A stretch of DNA of 64,000 bases from a virus (Duplodnaviria > Caudoviricetes), in IMG/VR virus record IMGVR_UViG_3300035544_000079, positions 1-64,000 of that record; one strand, given 5' to 3'. Shown piece by piece: positions 10,871 through 21,079 of this stretch (the stretch's first letter is position 1; each line of letters begins with the position of its first letter). Made by a program: the position numbers and the translations under genes. The notes beneath the pieces are model-generated. The model did not search any database and was not told where the DNA came from. It was given only the letters and a program-made list of their open reading frames with translations.

Positions 10871-13800
10871 CTAGTTTGCACACCCTTCACATTCATATTT
10901 TTTAGCGTCAATAGTTAAAGAGTAATAAACTGCTTTTAACTCTTTTGAAGCAAAACCTTCAAGTATTTCATCAGAAATAGTTTTTATATCAGGTGTTAAA
11001 TCTGGATTTATAGTTAATTCCATACTAATCCCAGTATCTACCCATCTTTGTAATACCCTAGTAAATTTAATAATGTCTTCTGTTTTATATTGAAATTTAG
11101 TCTTATAAAACCAAAACCTTTTATCAATGAACTTAGGTAAAACAGGAATGACCATATCTCCTAAAGTTTGAGTATTATTTTTACTATGTGCCGGTAAATA
11201 TGAAGCAGTAACCCCTTGAACTAATCCTGAACTTGTATTTGGTGCTAATGCAATTAAAAGCATATTTCTAATACCATAATCTTCAATATCTTTTCTAAGT
11301 TGTACCCAATCAAAACCATTCTTACTCATTTTATTTAACTCTTCAGGAGTCTTTCCAAACATTTTAGAGTAATCCGAGTCTTTAAACCCTAAATAAGAAC
11401 CTTTTTCCTTAGCTAAATCAATACTTGCTTGATAGCAATAATAAGTAATTCTTTCTTGTAAACCTTCAGCTAAATCTCTACCCTCTTGACTATCATAATT
11501 TACTTTATTATAAGCCATCCAATCTGCCAATCCTACAACTCCTATTCCAATATTTCTTAAAAGTTTAGAACTATTTTCAGCTTCTAAAGTAGGCATAGTC
11601 CCTAAATCAATACTTGCATCTAACATTCTTACTGCATTTTTACAAGCTCTTTGTAATAGTTTATTATCATTTAAAATATTAGCTACATTGATACTAATTA
11701 AGTTACAACTATGCGTTAATCCATCACTTTCAGTAGTAACCTCTCTATCTCCAATTACTTCTTTCTTCCACTTTGAAGGAGCTTTTGATAAAGAGTATGA
11801 TTCAACACAGTTACCTGCTAAGATTCCATTAAACATACCCATATTCCTCTTAGGCTCAAAGAAACAGTATGTATCTGAAACTCTACCTTCATTTTCTACC
11901 GATAGTACTTTTATGAACTGAGAGGCATCTCTATTTGGTTTTCTAATTGTTGGAGATAATCTATCAGTACTTAAACCTAATGATAATAACTTCTGAACCC
12001 CTCCTTCTGGAATAAGAAGTCTTTTTACTTCTTTTACCTCATACTCAGCATATTCTCCAGAGCCGTCGTTTTTTGGAAGGCTTTGTACTCCTTTATCTCT
12101 ACCATGTGTAACTTTACTATCAATACCTAATGTTTGTAACATTAATCTTAGCTCATATAAAAAATCAATATTAACCTGAGCTACTTGTAAAGATTGAGTA
12201 CCATTATTAGAAGTTAAACAACCATCTGCATCTAAAAATCCAGATAACCAATCTATTCTACTTTTTATAGTATACTCAGCATTAGGTATAAAATATTTAC
12301 TCTTCAATTGCCCCTTTTTCACCCTTAATACTTGTTTTTTATTCTCAGGATAATATATATCTGAAATTAAATCTAAGTTATTAAATCTATTTCTAAGCTT
12401 TGTTTTATCATGATATAAATATATTAAAGGTACTCCAGTACTATAAGTTCCATCACCACTAAAAAATCCATTTTCATATGCAAAAGGTAATACCTTTTTA
12501 CCTTTAATTTCAGGTAAACTATATTTTATAATCTTATCATTAGACTTTAATTCATAAGCTCTTTTCATAACTGCTTTTTTAGGGTTTCTATGACCTTCTT
12601 TTTTTATATAAAATTTATGATAAGGTGTACATTCTATAAACCCTGTACTTGTCATAACTTTTAGTATTTCTTGGGATTGTCCCGTCTTTACTATTTTAAC
12701 ATTTTCTGACCACTCTTCACCATTCCATATAGTTTGATATGTACCTTCAAGACTACCTATTTCCTTATATCCATTTTTTGTTAATATTTTAGTCTCTGGA
12801 GTAACACAAAGATTGGCGTTCTTGGCTGTACCAATAGCTTTCATATAATTACTTAAGTTTAAATTATCTTTATGTGTTATATAAAAATCTCCATACTCAA
12901 CCCATGACCATAAAGCTTGTTTCCACACTTTACTTGCAGAAATCTTCTCATAATGCTTTAACTTACCTTCTTTGATTAAGTTTTCTACTTCTAAATGTGC
13001 TTCATAGAGTTCTTCCTCTATTAACTCTGTAATATCTTTACCTGTCAGCTGTTTATACTCATGTTGGTCAAATAAGTATACATCTTCTTTATTTTGTACT
13101 TTTTCCACAAAATAAGTATCAACAACAATTTGAGGGAAAATATCAAAACATTTATCTCTTAAATCACCATTTAGTTCGGACTTAATTTCACAGAAGTCAA
13201 TAATATCCATATGCCACCAATCTAAAGCTACCGTAATAGCTCCTACTCTAGCCCCTCTCTGATTAACTGAGACTGCTAAATCATTTACAATCTTTAACCA
13301 TTTATTTATCTTATTAGCTTTAGGTACATTTCTTGAATAAGCATTACTTGGTCTAATTTTTCCAAAATACCAACCAATACCTCCACCTTCTTGGGAAATA
13401 TATGCCATATCTGTATAAGATTTCATTAATCCATAAATATTATCAGGTGCTTCCCCAATAAAACAACTTCCTGTATTACCATTTGGTATCCTTAGGTTTC
13501 TTTTAAAGGGAGTTGCTAAAGATAAAATATACTTACTTAACATTTCATAGTACTCTTTTGAAATACTAACTCTATTTTTTTCTTCTTCAATAGTTGCTAA
13601 AATCATACTATTAAACATATCTGATGTGCTTGGATACTCAATAATACCTTTTTTATTTTTTACTAAATACTTTGATTTTAACAAAGCAACTTGAGATAAT
13701 CTTAAATTATAATCTCGTTCTTCTTTAATAAAGTTTGATAAAGTATCTAATTGCTCATCAGTAAAATTTTTTAGAATATCAGACCTATAATACTGATTTC

Positions 13801-14125
13801 TTATTAAATATTTAATATGTTCTTTAAACATAGAAATATCAAATTTAGTTGATTTCCAAATCTCTCTCATTAATTGGTATGCCATAAGCCTACCTGCAAC
13901 AATATCCCAATCAGGATTTTCATCAGATATACTATTTTTAGCAATCATTATTAACTTTTCTTGTATTTCAGAAGATTTAATATTTGAAGTCATATCTAAA
14001 CAAATCATTGATTCAAACTCAAGAGGGTTAATATTTGTACCCTCACAAGCAGGAATAATCTGTTTTCTAATTTTTTCAATATCAAAGTCTTCTTTTCTAC
14101 CATCTACTTTGACAACTTTTTTCAA
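10871..14125 (-). CDS. nrdA: class Ia ribonucleotide reductase alpha subunit with intein
   Basis: N-terminal ATP cone (VVKVDGRKEDFD), GSCF, NL(C)xE active site split by an intein, APNTSSG, C-terminal CEGC. Confidence 0.95.
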   Translation of the reverse strand: MKKVVKVDGRKEDFDIEKIRKQIIPACEGTNINPLEFESMICLDMTSNIKSSEIQEKLIMIAKNSISDENPDWDIVAGRLMAYQLMREIWKSTKFDISMFKEHIKYLIRNQYYRSDILKNFTDEQLDTLSNFIKEERDYNLRLSQVALLKSKYLVKNKKGIIEYPSTSDMFNSMILATIEEEKNRVSISKEYYEMLSKYILSLATPFKRNLRIPNGNTGSCFIGEAPDNIYGLMKSYTDMAYISQEGGGIGWYFGKIRPSNAYSRNVPKANKINKWLKIVNDLAVSVNQRGARVGAITVALDWWHMDIIDFCEIKSELNGDLRDKCFDIFPQIVVDTYFVEKVQNKEDVYLFDQHEYKQLTGKDITELIEEELYEAHLEVENLIKEGKLKHYEKISASKVWKQALWSWVEYGDFYITHKDNLNLSNYMKAIGTAKNANLCVTPETKILTKNGYKEIGSLEGTYQTIWNGEEWSENVKIVKTGQSQEILKVMTSTGFIECTPYHKFYIKKEGHRNPKKAVMKRAYELKSNDKIIKYSLPEIKGKKVLPFAYENGFFSGDGTYSTGVPLIYLYHDKTKLRNRFNNLDLISDIYYPENKKQVLRVKKGQLKSKYFIPNAEYTIKSRIDWLSGFLDADGCLTSNNGTQSLQVAQVNIDFLYELRLMLQTLGIDSKVTHGRDKGVQSLPKNDGSGEYAEYEVKEVKRLLIPEGGVQKLLSLGLSTDRLSPTIRKPNRDASQFIKVLSVENEGRVSDTYCFFEPKRNMGMFNGILAGNCVESYSLSKAPSKWKKEVIGDREVTTESDGLTHSCNLISINVANILNDNKLLQRACKNAVRMLDASIDLGTMPTLEAENSSKLLRNIGIGVVGLADWMAYNKVNYDSQEGRDLAEGLQERITYYCYQASIDLAKEKGSYLGFKDSDYSKMFGKTPEELNKMSKNGFDWVQLRKDIEDYGIRNMLLIALAPNTSSGLVQGVTASYLPAHSKNNTQTLGDMVIPVLPKFIDKRFWFYKTKFQYKTEDIIKFTRVLQRWVDTGISMELTINPDLTPDIKTISDEILEGFASKELKAVYYSLTIDAKKYECEGCAN
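11810..12808 (-). mobile_element. intein with LAGLIDADG homing endonuclease (333 aa)
   Basis: Starts CVTPET after NANL, ends GILAGN before CVES; internal GFFSGDG and GFLDADG motifs. Confidence 0.93.
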
Positions 14126-14731
14126 TTACTCCCCTTCCTTTTCATTTTCTGAAATATCTTCTTTTTCAGTAATTAATCTTTGCTTATACTCTCTCCACTT
14201 AACTAATCTTTCATTTGCTTCAACTTCATCAAAACTATAGTCTCTAATTCTTCCTTCACATAAATCATCAATTTCTTTATCTGTAAGGAATCCTTTATAT
14301 ACTTCTTCAAATAATCTTCTTTGAGATTTCTTTAAGAATTTAACTTGCTTAGCCTGATAAGAAGTATCTCCATAATGTCCTGATTGCATTTCGTGAATAT
14401 ACCATTCCCCATAAGGAACTGTATAACAATCATCACAAGCTAAACTAAGTAAACTTCCTGCACTACTAGCGTGAATAACTTGTGCAATAACTTTCCCTTT
14501 AGAGTTTCTAATTGCATCCATTACAGAAATCATTGTAAAAGCATGACCTCCATAAATATTTACCCTTAAAATAGTTGTATCAGACTCTTCTTGAGTATCT
14601 AATAATCTAATTAAATCTCTTACTTGACTAGGTGTCTCAAAATCTTCATCAATATCGAACTTATATAAATTACTCTGAACCGAATCAATTAAATATGTAT
14701 TTGGTTCTAAAACTTTAAAATCTTCTTCCAT
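14126..14731 (-). CDS. ClpP-like serine protease
   Basis: VNIYGG, ASSAGSLL, YIHE motifs of the ClpP/crotonase fold. Confidence 0.75.
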   Translation of the reverse strand: MEEDFKVLEPNTYLIDSVQSNLYKFDIDEDFETPSQVRDLIRLLDTQEESDTTILRVNIYGGHAFTMISVMDAIRNSKGKVIAQVIHASSAGSLLSLACDDCYTVPYGEWYIHEMQSGHYGDTSYQAKQVKFLKKSQRRLFEEVYKGFLTDKEIDDLCEGRIRDYSFDEVEANERLVKWREYKQRLITEKEDISENEKEGE

Positions 14732-14959
14732 TATTTTCCTTTACTAATATTTTCTTTAGCTTTTCTTACTAAATATTCCCAAGGTTCGTTGTTAAAACCA
14801 TCTAAAGAAAGTCTTCCAAAAGTATCCATTGAAACAAGATTTGTATATTCAACTCCATTAGCACTTTTGTTAGTAATGTTCATATAATAGTTACCTTTAC
14901 GGTGTTTTTGAGTAACCTTTCTTCCTTTAATCTCTTCTTGGTGTAATCTTTTTTGTAAT

Positions 14960-15790
14960 TTATTCATTTGTTTCTCCTTTATTTAACTCTTTTCTATATT
15001 TTTTATCCACTAAAACTCTATATTTATGAGGTACTTGTTCTAAAATAGCTTCAACAACTTCCCTAATACCATAATAAGCAGAACCACTTCCTCTTAATTC
15101 TATAAAGTGTTTTAAACTTCTTAAGTTAAATGTCCAAATACCTTCTGTTAACCAACTTTCTGGTAATATTCTTTTAACTCTATCATTTTGTTTCTTTTTA
15201 GCTCCACCAGTAAGACCTTTTTTAAGGGGTTCTTCATAATTATAATGAATTAACATATTATCTAAGTAAGATACAATTGTTTCAATTAAATCTTTATTTA
15301 GATGAATTATATTATTAGATACAACTTCATAAAAATTATGATATGCTTTATCATCATTTAACTTTGAATTAGGTATTATTGACTCATTATAGTCTATCCA
15401 AGCATTAATTAAATCTTCGATAGTATATCTGCTTGATTTTTGACTTGTAGGCATACCTATTCGGTGTCTATTCCACTCAATAATAATTTCCCTAGATACA
15501 TTTTTAACATAAAAACTTAAATTAATATGTTCAGCAACAGACTCATGGAAATAAACATTAAAAAGTTTATCTAATAAATCTGAATGGTCAATATCTTTAT
15601 TTTTACTTAATTCTTCAAGGAACTTATCAGGTTCTTTTTTGAATAAATTTACTAACTCATTTTCACTTAAGTCGAAGCTATTGTAACAAACTCTACCTCC
15701 AATCTCACCTAAGATTAGAGGGGAAGCATGAAGTAATCTTGCTTTAGGTTTCTTGTATTGTTCTATAATCTCTCCTTTACATTTCTTCAA
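14960..15790 (-). CDS. thyX: flavin-dependent thymidylate synthase
   Basis: HESVAEH, SREIIIEWNRHR...SQKSSRY, RILP, NLRSLKHFIELR. Confidence 0.93.
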   Translation of the reverse strand: MKKCKGEIIEQYKKPKARLLHASPLILGEIGGRVCYNSFDLSENELVNLFKKEPDKFLEELSKNKDIDHSDLLDKLFNVYFHESVAEHINLSFYVKNVSREIIIEWNRHRIGMPTSQKSSRYTIEDLINAWIDYNESIIPNSKLNDDKAYHNFYEVVSNNIIHLNKDLIETIVSYLDNMLIHYNYEEPLKKGLTGGAKKKQNDRVKRILPESWLTEGIWTFNLRSLKHFIELRGSGSAYYGIREVVEAILEQVPHKYRVLVDKKYRKELNKGETNE

Positions 15791-16602
15791 AAAAATCTTG
15801 GCTAGTTAAATCATTTTCAAAAGCTTCAACAATACCAATAGCCTCAATAAGTTTATCTTTAGTTTCACCATCTTCTAAAATATCTAAATCAATATATTCA
15901 TTTGTTAATGCATACCAAAAATCATCACTATAAGATACTGAGTCTATATTGTCTTTATACTTAAATTCCATTCTATTCTCCTTTTAATATTCTAAGTTTT
16001 CAAGACAATATTTTATTTCTTTATATATTAAAGATGTATCTATGATGATATCATAACAATTAGTTAAAATCATATCAATATAAGCAAATTCATCTCCAAA
16101 ATCTTCTTTTAACTTTTCTATAATATCATATGTATCTCTAATATTTAGATACATTAATAAATCCTCATCTCCCGACTGTGTTTTAGTATATATACTAACT
16201 ATATTTTTAATATTTTCCAATATATCTCCTTTTAACTTGGTTTTAATTTAATTTCACTTAAATCTCTAAAATCAAAGTAACATAACCAAAGACCTCTTGA
16301 AACTCTTTCATTGAACTCTTTCTTTACGAACTTTCTTTTACTAGCATCTAAGTTTTTAGGCTTTAAGCCTAACCCTAAACACAAATTCTTTATATCATTA
16401 GTTGTCAAATTGACATTAAAGAGTGCTTTTACTGTATTTATTATCTCTTGATAAGTCAATTCAGTATAATATTTCTTTAAAAACTCTTTGACACTTTGTA
16501 ATAAAACCTTGTGTTTACTTTCTTTTATAATATTATATAAATAATACCCTCTTTTGGTCTTTTTTCTTGGAGGAGTTACTTTAATATCTAATTCTTCCAT
16601 AG

Positions 16603-17568
16603 TCAATCCTCACAAAAAGGACTATTTTCTGATAATTTTTCACAAAGTTTATTAAAAAAATCATTCCGAAGATAATTCTTACTATAGCTTTGATTATCTT
16701 TTTTCTTTAGAACCTCTTGAAAATATATGATATCTTCATCTTTATAAATATTATACCCTTGAAAACATAAGTTGATAAAAGCTTCTTCAGTATTAGTTAA
16801 ATTAAATTCCTCCATATAATTATAAAAAAGAGTCTTTTTATCAACTGAATCTAAAATATCATCAGAAAAATCTATATTTTCAATATCATAATAAATACTT
16901 TTTCTGAATCTATTAATTACTTTTATATCAATATCTTGAACTTTACATAAATCAATTAATCCCTCTCCTTGTATTTTATTAAGTATTTGTTCAACCTCAG
17001 TTTCCATTTCCTCTATACTAGAAGGTGTTTTTAAGTGTTTACCATAAAACATTACCTTATAAACTACTTCATCATTATTTGTATAGAAGAATACCTCTTT
17101 ATTTTCATTTTTATCTAAGTCATAAATATTTTTACTTTCAATTTCAAAAGTTAAAGACATTTTTTCAATAATCTCATTAAGTAAATCATATTTATTGGTA
17201 TGTTTTTTAACTTTAATATTACAGAAAACCTTGTACTTAAACTCTTGAGGGTTTTTTACCATAACCTTTTGAATGTTTAAATAATCTCTTGTCTTTATCT
17301 TATCAAACAAGTAGTTATAAAGCTTTTTATTTGCTTCTTGTTTTTCAAGGTTATTTAAAATACTTATTATCTCTTGTTTATGTTTAGAGACAATATCTGA
17401 AATATAATTTTCAGTAGTATCTTTTGGAACATTATACATATGTAATAACTTTTGAGCTAACCTACTACAAAGTCCTTTTGAAACTTTTTCTACTTTATTC
17501 TTCTTTTGGACATATTTTCCAAAAATAATCTCAAATTGAGACTCCGTTAACTTAACTTTTGTATCAAT
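16603..17568 (-). CDS. hypothetical, possibly sigma/HTH-like regulator; probable ATT start
   Basis: Frame stays open 43 codons above the ATG at 17439, up to AAGGAGG-N5-ATT. Confidence 0.5.
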   Translation of the reverse strand: MDTKVKLTESQFEIIFGKYVQKKNKVEKVSKGLCSRLAQKLLHMYNVPKDTTENYISDIVSKHKQEIISILNNLEKQEANKKLYNYLFDKIKTRDYLNIQKVMVKNPQEFKYKVFCNIKVKKHTNKYDLLNEIIEKMSLTFEIESKNIYDLDKNENKEVFFYTNNDEVVYKVMFYGKHLKTPSSIEEMETEVEQILNKIQGEGLIDLCKVQDIDIKVINRFRKSIYYDIENIDFSDDILDSVDKKTLFYNYMEEFNLTNTEEAFINLCFQGYNIYKDEDIIYFQEVLKKKDNQSYSKNYLRNDFFNKLCEKLSENSPFCED

Positions 17569-17600
17569 CTTTTCCTCCTTGTTTTAAGATGAAGTAAGAC

Positions 17601-18233
17601 TTAAATGTCTACTTCAATCTCTGTTTTAGCATTAACCTCTGATAAAGTCATATCAATCTCATCAAGAAGATAATTAAGATTTTCTAACTCGTATCTGATT
17701 TCATCAATATTTAAACCTACTATTTCTGCACCCCACATTTGGGTATAAGTATCAGTTAAAGTCTTAGTTAAATCTTTTGATGTTTGGTTTTTATTAGTCA
17801 TAGCACTTTCAACTTGTCTTGAAACCTCTTGTTCAATTTTATGTTCTTGTTGTTCAACACTCTGTTTAAAAAGGTTATACTGTCTTTCAAGATTATTTAA
17901 TCTATCAATTTTATAACTAAGAGAAGTTTTTAAATCAATTAACTCAATAATTGAATAACTATCTGTTTTCTTCCCTAATTTAAATTCAACCTTAGTTTCT
18001 ACATTAGCTTTTGCTATAGCTGATTTAACTACTCTTCTATTCTCAAATAATTTATCAAAACTTTCCTTGTTAGCTTTAACGTCTTTAAGAAACTGTTCCT
18101 CAGTTAAATTTGAATTATTTACTAATTTGTTGTTTATTTTTGTATCAAAACCAACATAATTATTTAAAAGCCTTTTTTCATAAAGCTTAACCTCGGCTAA
18201 TGCCCTTGTTATCGACATAGTTTTCTTTCCCAT
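17601..18233 (-). CDS. phage coiled-coil protein (SITRALAEVK family)
   Basis: All-helical 210-aa ORF, strong SD, C-terminal IDMTLSEVNAKTEIEV. Confidence 0.6.
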   Translation of the reverse strand: MGKKTMSITRALAEVKLYEKRLLNNYVGFDTKINNKLVNNSNLTEEQFLKDVKANKESFDKLFENRRVVKSAIAKANVETKVEFKLGKKTDSYSIIELIDLKTSLSYKIDRLNNLERQYNLFKQSVEQQEHKIEQEVSRQVESAMTNKNQTSKDLTKTLTDTYTQMWGAEIVGLNIDEIRYELENLNYLLDEIDMTLSEVNAKTEIEVDI

Positions 18234-18254
18234 ATTTTCTCCTTTAATTTTTAA

Positions 18255-18610
18255 TTATAAGTCAAAAGTAAGACTTAACAAAGAACTATCTAAAATTAAA
18301 TAGCTAGGTACAAACTAAAACAATTTAATAAATGTTTAAACTTACCCCTAGATTTTTAGAAAGGTTATATGGTTTAAAATTTAAAACAAAATCTTTAATT
18401 ATAAGAACTTTAATTTTTAACATTTTACCTTTTAAGCTTTAGGACTTTTAAGAAAAAGTATTTTCCTAAGCATGGAAATTAATTAAAAGGTTAAATATAA
18501 TTATTTTACAACACTAATTTAACGAAAATGTTGTATTAATTTTTATAGTTTTCATTTAATTATAAAATAGTCCTTTATTAAGTCTTACCTATTTTATAGA
18601 GTAAGACTCT
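18255..18610 (-). ncRNA. candidate structured non-coding RNA or long leader
   Basis: ORF-free region with several hairpins, inverted repeats and repeated TAAA(A/G) units upstream of 18233. Confidence 0.35.
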
Positions 18611-18991
18611 GTCCAAACATGACTAAAAGTCAAGATTTTGAAAGTTTTTATTGCACTTTCTAGTATTGATACCTACATTCTTCTAAATACTTACTTAAAT
18701 CTATTCGTTTGTACAGAAGAATTATAACAAATAACTCCTTAAAGATTACTTAATTTATCAATATTTTTTAAAGAATTTTGAAATTTCTTTTCAATTTCTT
18801 GTTTCTCTTTTTCAAACTCTTTGTAAATCCTATGAATTAACTGATTAACATGACCCACAGGAATCATTGCTCCATTTTCTTCTGTTAATAAATTAAACAT
18901 TTCTATTTCAGCTTCTCTTTCAGTCATTTAGTTATCCTTATCTCTTATTTGTAGTATTATAGCAAATATTTTCTTAAAGATTACTTAATAT

Positions 18992-20482
18992 TTAACCTTT
19001 AATCAATCTTTTGCTAAATTTTACTTTATAACCTAACTCTTGTTCGATTAACAAGCTCAACTCATCTAGGTTTACATCTTCCTTTGTAATAAAAGCGTCA
19101 TAAAGAAGTAAATCATGTGAATAGTTCTTAGTAATTAAATCAAGTATTTGACTTTCTATACCAAAATAGTAGTGCATAATCGCCTTATTTGTATTCCATT
19201 TACTCATATATTTAGCACTTTTATTTCCTCTTGAATTATACAGAATATCTTTTCCATTTTTATCTTTCTTTAGAAACTTATTTTGAATAGATTTCTTTAG
19301 GTAAGAAAATAATTTCTTACACTCATCATAAATGTCATAAGCACTTGGGGTATTTTGTAAAATATATTGAATTTTATCTACACCATAATCATTAGCCCAA
19401 GAGTTAGTATGTACCCCATATATCCCTAAATTAGCTCCAAAGAATATTGCTAAATAAAATTCTTTAGCTTCTTTATAAGAAAAGCCTAAATCAACAATTT
19501 CTTGTCTACACTTTTCCTTATTATCAATATAGTATTTTATCTTAGGAAAATCATGTGTTTTATGATACTTCTCACCTGTTTGATATAAAATAGTAGGAGC
19601 TGAATTTTCAATATCTATTTCATAATACCCTTCAAAAACTTGTTCCCTGATACTTTTTTCTAAGTTTTGTATGCCAATATACTTCTCTCCACCAAAATTA
19701 ACTAATCTACCTCCATCTTTTCTTTCATAGTTTAAAAAATGATTTCCATTATTGTACTTGAAATCTAAATTAAATAGAATTATAAAATCAGTACTATACA
19801 TTAAATCAGTTTCTCCATCTGTAACTCTTTTTATTAAGTTTTTTACATTCTCTTGATTATAAGTAAACTTATGTCGGTAGCTCATTCTTGGTCTATTAGA
19901 CGGAGTTATTGCTGTACCTTGTGCTAACTCTTTAATTTCATAAGAATATTTATTAATATTTTTACTTAATTCAGTTCTTGTCAAATTTTCTCCTTGCATT
20001 AAATCTTTCTTTGTACTGTACTTATTATTATTATTTGGATTTATATATCCAATTTTGGTTTTAAACTTCTCTCTTGTGTAATATCTTGTCCTAGAACTCA
20101 TACCATAACTATATAACTCTATAATAAATTCATACCGTAGTCTATAAGCAAAAGTCTTTTCAGTAAAACTATTACAAACTTTACTATCTTTAATTGATTC
20201 AAAGAAATAGTCAAAGCTTTTCATTTTATTAAACCTTTTAAGATTTCTAGTTACATTACTAAAATAATCATAATATATTGAAACATATCCTTTATATTCT
20301 TTATGTTTAGCAAAGTTACTATTTATAGACTTATTTATTAAATAAAGTAAGTCAAAAGTATGTCTAAAGTCATAGAATTTATCATAATGGTTATTAAGAA
20401 ATTTATTTAAATCAAAGTTAGTGCTAATTAATAAATCTTTTGATTTAACTTTACTATGTTTCTTCTCTTTATTTTCTTTTAT
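18992..20482 (-). CDS. PolA/T7-RNAP-fold polymerase-like protein, paralog 1 (probable ATA start)
   Basis: GGRL, EIDIENS, KEFYLAIFFG, LLLYDAF motifs; frame open to AAGGAGG-N5-ATA at 20482. Confidence 0.55.
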   Translation of the reverse strand: MKENKEKKHSKVKSKDLLISTNFDLNKFLNNHYDKFYDFRHTFDLLYLINKSINSNFAKHKEYKGYVSIYYDYFSNVTRNLKRFNKMKSFDYFFESIKDSKVCNSFTEKTFAYRLRYEFIIELYSYGMSSRTRYYTREKFKTKIGYINPNNNNKYSTKKDLMQGENLTRTELSKNINKYSYEIKELAQGTAITPSNRPRMSYRHKFTYNQENVKNLIKRVTDGETDLMYSTDFIILFNLDFKYNNGNHFLNYERKDGGRLVNFGGEKYIGIQNLEKSIREQVFEGYYEIDIENSAPTILYQTGEKYHKTHDFPKIKYYIDNKEKCRQEIVDLGFSYKEAKEFYLAIFFGANLGIYGVHTNSWANDYGVDKIQYILQNTPSAYDIYDECKKLFSYLKKSIQNKFLKKDKNGKDILYNSRGNKSAKYMSKWNTNKAIMHYYFGIESQILDLITKNYSHDLLLYDAFITKEDVNLDELSLLIEQELGYKVKFSKRLIKG

Positions 20483-20893
20483 AATAACCTCCTTATTTAA
20501 CTTAAAATGTATTATATCTAGTATTTACTTAAAGATTACTTAGGTATATAATTTCTTAGTATTAATATTAATATATTTAAAATAGGGTATAACTAGGTTT
20601 AGTATCTAGCTCTTGTTTCCTAGAGTTTTTCCAAAGAGAACCCTTAGCTGACACAAAAACTATACTAATTTTAAGTATTAAATACACTTGTAACTACCAT
20701 TAATACGAGGTTAAGAGGCAAAAATTTAAATGACATTATTTTAGACTTAACGAAAAGTAAGTGTTTTTATTGTACCTAAATAAAAGACTAGAAATATGTA
20801 AATTTTTAAATAAAACTTAACCTATCAACCAACAAAAATCTCAACAAAATATACCTAAACCTTTAAGAATATTACAAATTTCAAAATTTGTTG

Positions 20894-20938
20894 AAATAAA
20901 AAAGTGTAAAATCGCTAAAATGCCCCATATATAAGTAG
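20894..20938 (+). promoter_or_regulatory. candidate late promoter element (second copy at 54051-54095, minus strand)
   Basis: 39/45-nt match between the two copies; lies upstream of the terminase operon. Confidence 0.5.
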
Positions 20939-21079
20939 AAAGGGTTAAGTTATTTAGCCTTATGTATCTTTATCTGTTTTGTTTCTTTCTCCTTTAAGTA
21001 ATTTTTCATTTGATTCTCCTTTTAAAACTAAATAAAAATACAACTTATAACACCTCCTACGATAGGACAAAGGAATAAA

